Shown here piece by piece: positions 4,847 through 8,834 of a DNA stretch of 8,834 nt. The DNA lies in assembly GCA_022560555.1 (NCBI GenBank), contig JADFSZ010000064.1, positions 1 to 8,834 on the forward strand. Direction: 5' to 3'. The position numbers were made by a program, and so were the translations under genes. The stretch comes from PVC group bacterium. GTDB lineage: Bacteria > GCA-001730085 > JADFSZ01. Below the pieces are notes generated by a model. The model made no database searches. It was given only the letters and a program-made list of their open reading frames with translations, and was not told where the DNA came from. Within the stretch, counting starts at the first letter, position 1. Every line of letters begins with the position of its first letter.

Positions 4847-6742
4847 TCAGCTGTTTTCCTTAAGCCATTGCCCTGCATATCCCTCCTTCTCTTCGGGAGA
4901 AACATCCACAATGCCTTGATAAACCTGAAACGCTTCTTGGTCTAAACCGGATGTCTCATAAAATTTCCCCAAAAGATACATAGCCTTAAGACCATAATCT
5001 CCGCTCAAAGGATACTCCGCGATGAGACCTTGCACAATTTCAAGAGATTTTTTCTGATGCCCCTCCATCATGTGGGCCAGCGCCAAAGTATACTGAATTT
5101 CCTCAACATGGCTTCCAAATCGCTCCATAAGGATCTGATCCAATGTCTTAATGGCATTATCATATTTTTGGTTGTCGAAATAAAGATCAGCCATATTTTT
5201 TAACGCAAGATATCGATATTCTTCATGGGTAACCTCCGCGACAAAATTCCTAAAAACTTTTATGGCCTTTTTCCACTTGCCTTGCTTTTCATAATATAAA
5301 GCCAGCGCCACAACAGCTTGCGCGGATAGTGAGTCATCTTCATTTTTTTTCAGAACGTTGTTTAGAAGAGATACCCCTTCTCTCGATTTTTGATTTTTGA
5401 TAAGCAATTTTCCTAATAATAGTTTGGAACGCCATACGAGGGATTTATCAGAACTGCCTTGGATCACATCACGGAAACCCTCTTCAGCTCGCGCATGTTG
5501 TTCTTCTGAGAAATCATGCTGAGCAAACCAAAATTTCAAATAATCCAATGAAACATGTCCTTCTTTTTCCTTCTGTGCAAAATCCTGAAGAACTTCCCTT
5601 GCTTTTTCAATTTTTCCTTTTTTAATGAGCGCCCATATAAATCCGAAGTACGCATCAGATCGATCTTCAGAACCAGGATCGTTTTCGATAATAAATTGAT
5701 ATTTTTGAGCAGCATCCTCATATCGACTTAAATTAAATAATGTTTCAGCCTCATGAATACGGACAAAATCGAGAAGATTACTTTCGGGGAATTCATCCGG
5801 GAATCTCGAAAATAATTCTAGAGCCTTAACAAACTGATGGGCACGATAATAGATCCACCCTCTCATGAATGCGGCTTCATCATTCAAGATCCCTCTCGTG
5901 GATTCTTGGATCAGCGTTTGAAAGGTCCGCTGGGATTCTTCATACTCCTCAAGTTTAATTTTACACAATCCGGCTTGAAACAAGCTTCGATCCGCCCATC
6001 GACTCTCACGAAATTCGGACCATACATTCAAAAATACATTAAAAGCCGTGTTATACTGCTTTAAATTATAGTAGCAAGTGGCAATTTTGTAATATGCATC
6101 AGCTTTAAGATCTCTATTCCATGATATTCGAACTAGCTCCTCAAACGATTTTTTCGCATCCCGGTATTTCCCAAGAGAAAATTGACACCACGCAATATTA
6201 TATTTCGCGTATTCTGACCATTCATCCTTTGGGGGCATATTAAAAACGATCTCAAAATTTTGTATGGCCTCACGATAATTGTCGTTTTCATACTTTATTT
6301 CTCCCATCCAATAATAAAGCTCTTTTTTTAAAGAGCGCATGGAGTATGCTTTTACTACCATTTGAAAATAAGCGAAGGCTTCTTGCCTCTTATCTAAACG
6401 CCAATAAGACCACGCCAAATTGTAAAGAATTTCTGATTTTAATTGAGTTTTGGGGTATTTTTTTAGAGCCCTTTGAAGAACTTTAACGGCCTCCCGGTAA
6501 TCTTTTGAGTAAAAATAGCACTCCCCCATAAGAAAATAGATTTGCTCATGGGCGGCCTTTTCATCTCCCGACTTCAAAATGGCTTTAAAAATTTCGATCG
6601 CTTTGACATAATCGGAGGCCGCATACGCTGTTTTTGCCTCTTCAAGCCAGTTGGATGGCTCTTCAGAAAACACGCTCTCTAGGAAAAAGAACGCCAAAAA
6701 AAACAGGGATAGAAGAAGGGATCGCCATTGAAACGTTTTCAT
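4847..6742 (-). CDS. secreted/periplasmic tetratricopeptide-repeat protein (about 16 TPR-like units)
   Basis: 631 aa. The N-terminal signal peptide is MKTFQWRSLLLSLFFLAFFFLESVFS/EEP, with no lipobox Cys. Repeated 34-residue-type units follow, with the A-x-x-Y/F...G-x-Y-x-x-A pattern (for example YFLMGECYFYSKDYREAVKVLQRAL, YNIAWCQFSLGKYRDAKKSFEEL, ALALYYEKQGKWKKAIKVFRNF). AGGA lies 7 nt upstream of the ATG, and the ATG is 1 nt after the nadX stop. Confidence 0.9.
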   Translation of the reverse strand: MKTFQWRSLLLSLFFLAFFFLESVFSEEPSNWLEEAKTAYAASDYVKAIEIFKAILKSGDEKAAHEQIYFLMGECYFYSKDYREAVKVLQRALKKYPKTQLKSEILYNLAWSYWRLDKRQEAFAYFQMVVKAYSMRSLKKELYYWMGEIKYENDNYREAIQNFEIVFNMPPKDEWSEYAKYNIAWCQFSLGKYRDAKKSFEELVRISWNRDLKADAYYKIATCYYNLKQYNTAFNVFLNVWSEFRESRWADRSLFQAGLCKIKLEEYEESQRTFQTLIQESTRGILNDEAAFMRGWIYYRAHQFVKALELFSRFPDEFPESNLLDFVRIHEAETLFNLSRYEDAAQKYQFIIENDPGSEDRSDAYFGFIWALIKKGKIEKAREVLQDFAQKEKEGHVSLDYLKFWFAQHDFSEEQHARAEEGFRDVIQGSSDKSLVWRSKLLLGKLLIKNQKSREGVSLLNNVLKKNEDDSLSAQAVVALALYYEKQGKWKKAIKVFRNFVAEVTHEEYRYLALKNMADLYFDNQKYDNAIKTLDQILMERFGSHVEEIQYTLALAHMMEGHQKKSLEIVQGLIAEYPLSGDYGLKAMYLLGKFYETSGLDQEAFQVYQGIVDVSPEEKEGYAGQWLKENS

Positions 6743-6743
6743 C

Positions 6744-7556
6744 TTAAGATCCTATGATGATGTAACTAAATATTTTTCTCAGCATGGATTCTGCCGATAA
6801 TATCGCTAAGTGGCTTGTTTTAGGATTATCAGGATCAGGCTCATTCACACATATTGTATGAATCTCGCCGAAGGGGCCGATGACATCAATATTATGAATG
6901 TTGTTTTTAATACCGGGATCCGCGATGATTTCAACCTTTGTTCTGGAAGATCCTATTCCGGCCAGGCTCAAAACAGCACTGACATTAATATTTTTCGGAA
7001 ACGCCCGGATAGCGTCCTCGGCACTCCCCTCGAATATTTTGGCAGGCTTTTTGATTTCATCAAGATTGATTTTATTTTTTTCGATATAAGGGGCACCGAT
7101 AAGACTCCTGGGTGGTTTGCTGGTTGTGATCTTAACGCTCTCAATACCTCCTTCTCGTGCGGCTAATAAGGCATCAATGCCGGAAATCGCGCCCGATGGA
7201 ATATACAAGTGCTTGGGGCCCTTCCTGAATTGTTCATATAAATTCGGATTTTCTAAGAGCCCTCCAACACTCAGTATCATCACATCACGATTTTCAAGAA
7301 GACACAGCTTTAACAAGTCTTTTACGCATTCGATTGAAGCGGCTTCAATCACAAAGTCCGATAACGACACAAGCTCGGAAGTTAAACACACACGGCAAGC
7401 CAAAGAATATTTTTTTTTAAGCTCCTTGGCCTTTTGAATATCAAAATCAGCCAAGCCGGCCAATTCTGCCGAAGTTCCAAGTTCCAGCGAGATAAACCGC
7501 GCTAGCGCGCTGCCGATAGTTCCGCAGCCGACTATTCCAATTTTACAAGGTTGCAT
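6744..7556 (-). CDS. nadX: L-aspartate dehydrogenase family protein (NadX-like)
   Basis: An N-terminal Rossmann motif (KIGIVGCGTIGSALA) is followed by the aspartate-dehydrogenase C-terminal domain pattern: PSGAISGIDALLAA, VKITTSKPP, IFEGSAEDAIRAFPKNINVSAVLSLAG, IIADPGIKNNIHNIDV and NPKTSHLAILSA. The track starts the ORF at TTG 7574. I prefer ATG 7556 (MQPCKIGIVGCG) as more family-typical, but neither start has a clear SD. Confidence 0.85.
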   Translation of the reverse strand: MQPCKIGIVGCGTIGSALARFISLELGTSAELAGLADFDIQKAKELKKKYSLACRVCLTSELVSLSDFVIEAASIECVKDLLKLCLLENRDVMILSVGGLLENPNLYEQFRKGPKHLYIPSGAISGIDALLAAREGGIESVKITTSKPPRSLIGAPYIEKNKINLDEIKKPAKIFEGSAEDAIRAFPKNINVSAVLSLAGIGSSRTKVEIIADPGIKNNIHNIDVIGPFGEIHTICVNEPDPDNPKTSHLAILSAESMLRKIFSYIIIGS

Positions 7557-7595
7557 GGCTGATGACTGTTTCAAGATATGAAATTATGATTGAGC

Positions 7596-7958
7596 TTATG
7601 AAGACACTTTTTCCAGGATCTTGTTCTTCTCATCCAAAAACACAATTTTTGGGCAATGGGTCTTTGCCTCTTCCTCTGTACATACTCCGTAAACTATAAT
7701 GATAATTTTGTCGCCAATCTGAGCATTGCGGGCGGCGGCCCCGTTCATACAAATAACACCCGTAGCTCTATCTCCAACCATCACATACGTCTCAAGTCGA
7801 TTTCCATTGTTGAGATTCACTATTTGCACGCGCTCGTGGGGATAAATACCTACGGCGTCCATAAGATCCTCATCAATGGTGAGCGAGCCGGTATACTTCA
7901 AGTTGGCATCTGTAACGGTGGCGTTGTGTATTTTTGCTACACAAAGAATTCGATTCAT
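7596..7958 (-). CDS. panD: aspartate 1-decarboxylase proenzyme (pyruvoyl-dependent)
   Basis: 120 aa. [27 protein letters not shown] contains the Gly24-Ser25 self-cleavage site at the canonical position. Other family motifs are NGNRLETYV and [15 protein letters not shown] lies 6 nt upstream of ATG 7958. Confidence 0.95.
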   Translation of the reverse strand: MNRILCVAKIHNATVTDANLKYTGSLTIDEDLMDAVGIYPHERVQIVNLNNGNRLETYVMVGDRATGVICMNGAAARNAQIGDKIIIIVYGVCTEEEAKTHCPKIVFLDEKNKILEKVSS

Positions 7959-7991
7959 GTTTTTCCCCTTATATTGATATTTCCCGACATT

Positions 7992-8834
7992 TTACTTTAA
8001 TGAAAAAATAATATTATCAATGAGCCTTACTTTCTTGAACTTTACAGCCGTGGCAATGAGCACTCTTCCTTTTATTGTCTTTTTTATGTCTTTTAATGAT
8101 CCGGCATCCAGTACTTCGAAATAATCGATTCGTCCGGACGTTTTTTCTGAAATTTGTCTTCGCGCATAGCTTTTTATATAATTAACGTTTTTCCTTCCAC
8201 TAATTATTTCTTTTTTCGCCGATTTTAACGCGCTGTAAATCGCAGGGGCTTCAAGCCTCTCTCTTTTTGTTAAATTCACGTTTCGAGAACTCATGGCCAG
8301 CCCGTCTTTTTCCCTCACGGTGGGACATCCGCACACTTTGATCGGTAAATTTAAATCCTCGGCCATTTGTTGAATGATTACGTATTGCTGATAATCCTTT
8401 AGCCCAAAATAAGCTTTGTCCGGAACGACAATTTGAAACAGTTTAAGTACAACTGTGGCAACGCCGCAAAAATGATCCGGTCTGCTTTTTCCGCAAAGAA
8501 CATCCCCGAGACCCTTCACGTCAACATAAGTCTTATAACCCTCCGGAAACATTTCATTCCCGGAAGGACAAAATAAAACATTGATGCCAAGATTTTTAAG
8601 AATCTTTCGGTCACGCGCTAAAGTTCTTGGATAAGCTCCGAAATCTTCCCGGGGACCAAACTGCAACGGATTCACAAAAATACTAACAACAACAAAACCA
8701 CATTCTTTTATGGCCCGTCTGATGAGGCTCATATGTCCCTCATGCAAGGCTCCCATCGTAGGCACAAACCCAATCTTCTTATTTTTCTTTCTGGCTTTAA
8801 GAACCCGACTTCTAATTTCTTTTATGGATCTGAC
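7992..8834 (-). CDS. panC: pantoate--beta-alanine ligase (pantothenate synthetase); the N-terminus is clipped by the right window edge
   Basis: The frame is open to 8834. The track start at 8765 is an internal GTG (Val). The extended translation is VRSIKEIRSRVLKARKKNKKIGFVPTMGALHEGHMSLI..., with hallmarks PTMGxLHxGH, NPLQFGP, FGLKDYQQ and MSSRN. Probably only a few N-terminal codons lie outside the window. Confidence 0.95.
   Translation of the reverse strand, partial: VRSIKEIRSRVLKARKKNKKIGFVPTMGALHEGHMSLIRRAIKECGFVVVSIFVNPLQFGPREDFGAYPRTLARDRKILKNLGINVLFCPSGNEMFPEGYKTYVDVKGLGDVLCGKSRPDHFCGVATVVLKLFQIVVPDKAYFGLKDYQQYVIIQQMAEDLNLPIKVCGCPTVREKDGLAMSSRNVNLTKRERLEAPAIYSALKSAKKEIISGRKNVNYIKSYARRQISEKTSGRIDYFEVLDAGSLKDIKKTIKGRVLIATAVKFKKVRLIDNIIFSLK

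Noticed and set aside
4841-4850. Perfect palindrome CTGAATTCAG at the TPR gene stop, considered as a terminator
   Set aside because: It has no loop, so only a 3-bp stem is possible as RNA. It contains an EcoRI site by chance and is not a credible intrinsic terminator. Read-through from the TPR gene into ilvE cannot be excluded.
2100-8000. Antisense or alternate-frame shadow ORFs inside wecB, ilvE, the TPR gene, nadX and panD (2100..2420, 2619..2948, 2901..3221, 3917..4138, 4195..4419, 4428..4676, 4588..4794, 5536..5721, 5837..6064, 6810..7166, 6898..7089, 7117..7437, 7656..8000)
   Set aside because: Each is fully or largely nested in a gene with clear family motifs. Their translations are low-complexity or unrecognisable, and none has a start context better than chance.
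1-8834. Looked for CRISPR repeats, tRNA/rRNA, IS or transposon ends, integrase or phage genes, toxin-antitoxin pairs and known defence-system signatures
   Set aside because: I saw no spaced direct repeats, no cloverleaf-like or rRNA-like segments, no terminal inverted repeats, and no ORF with nuclease, ATPase, toxin or recombinase motifs. All large ORFs are accounted for by metabolic, glycan, regulatory or TPR functions.

Overview
AT-rich (about 40% GC by eye, not computed), densely coding bacterial chromosomal window. I could not identify the organism. I support ten protein-coding genes. Theme 1 is a surface-glycan locus at 1..3042. It holds a partial SAM-methyltransferase-like ORF that runs off the left edge and is missing from the supplied ORF track, a small monotopic phosphoglycosyl transferase, a GbsR/MarR-type regulator whose stop overlaps the transferase start (ATGA), and a divergently transcribed UDP-GlcNAc 2-epimerase (wecB). 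Theme 2 is amino-acid and pantothenate metabolism on the minus strand at 3838..8834: ilvE, then a tightly packed panC-panD-nadX-TPR gene string. Between the two themes lies a stand-alone gene for a two-TM, HAMP-only membrane protein with its own promoter and a bidirectional hairpin terminator. I see no rRNA, tRNA, CRISPR array, transposase, integrase, phage gene or recognisable defence or toxin gene. The window looks mostly like housekeeping plus a glycan locus, and I cannot point to a clear-cut novel system. The points most worth a second look are: (a) the regulator-transferase coupling, with a perfect 7-6-7 palindrome in the regulator leader; (b) aspartate dehydrogenase embedded between panD and a secreted 16-TPR protein; (c) a possibly leaderless, output-less HAMP protein; (d) a single in-frame TAA splitting the methyltransferase-like reading frame. 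All functional calls come from my own recognition of motifs in the translations. No database search was run.
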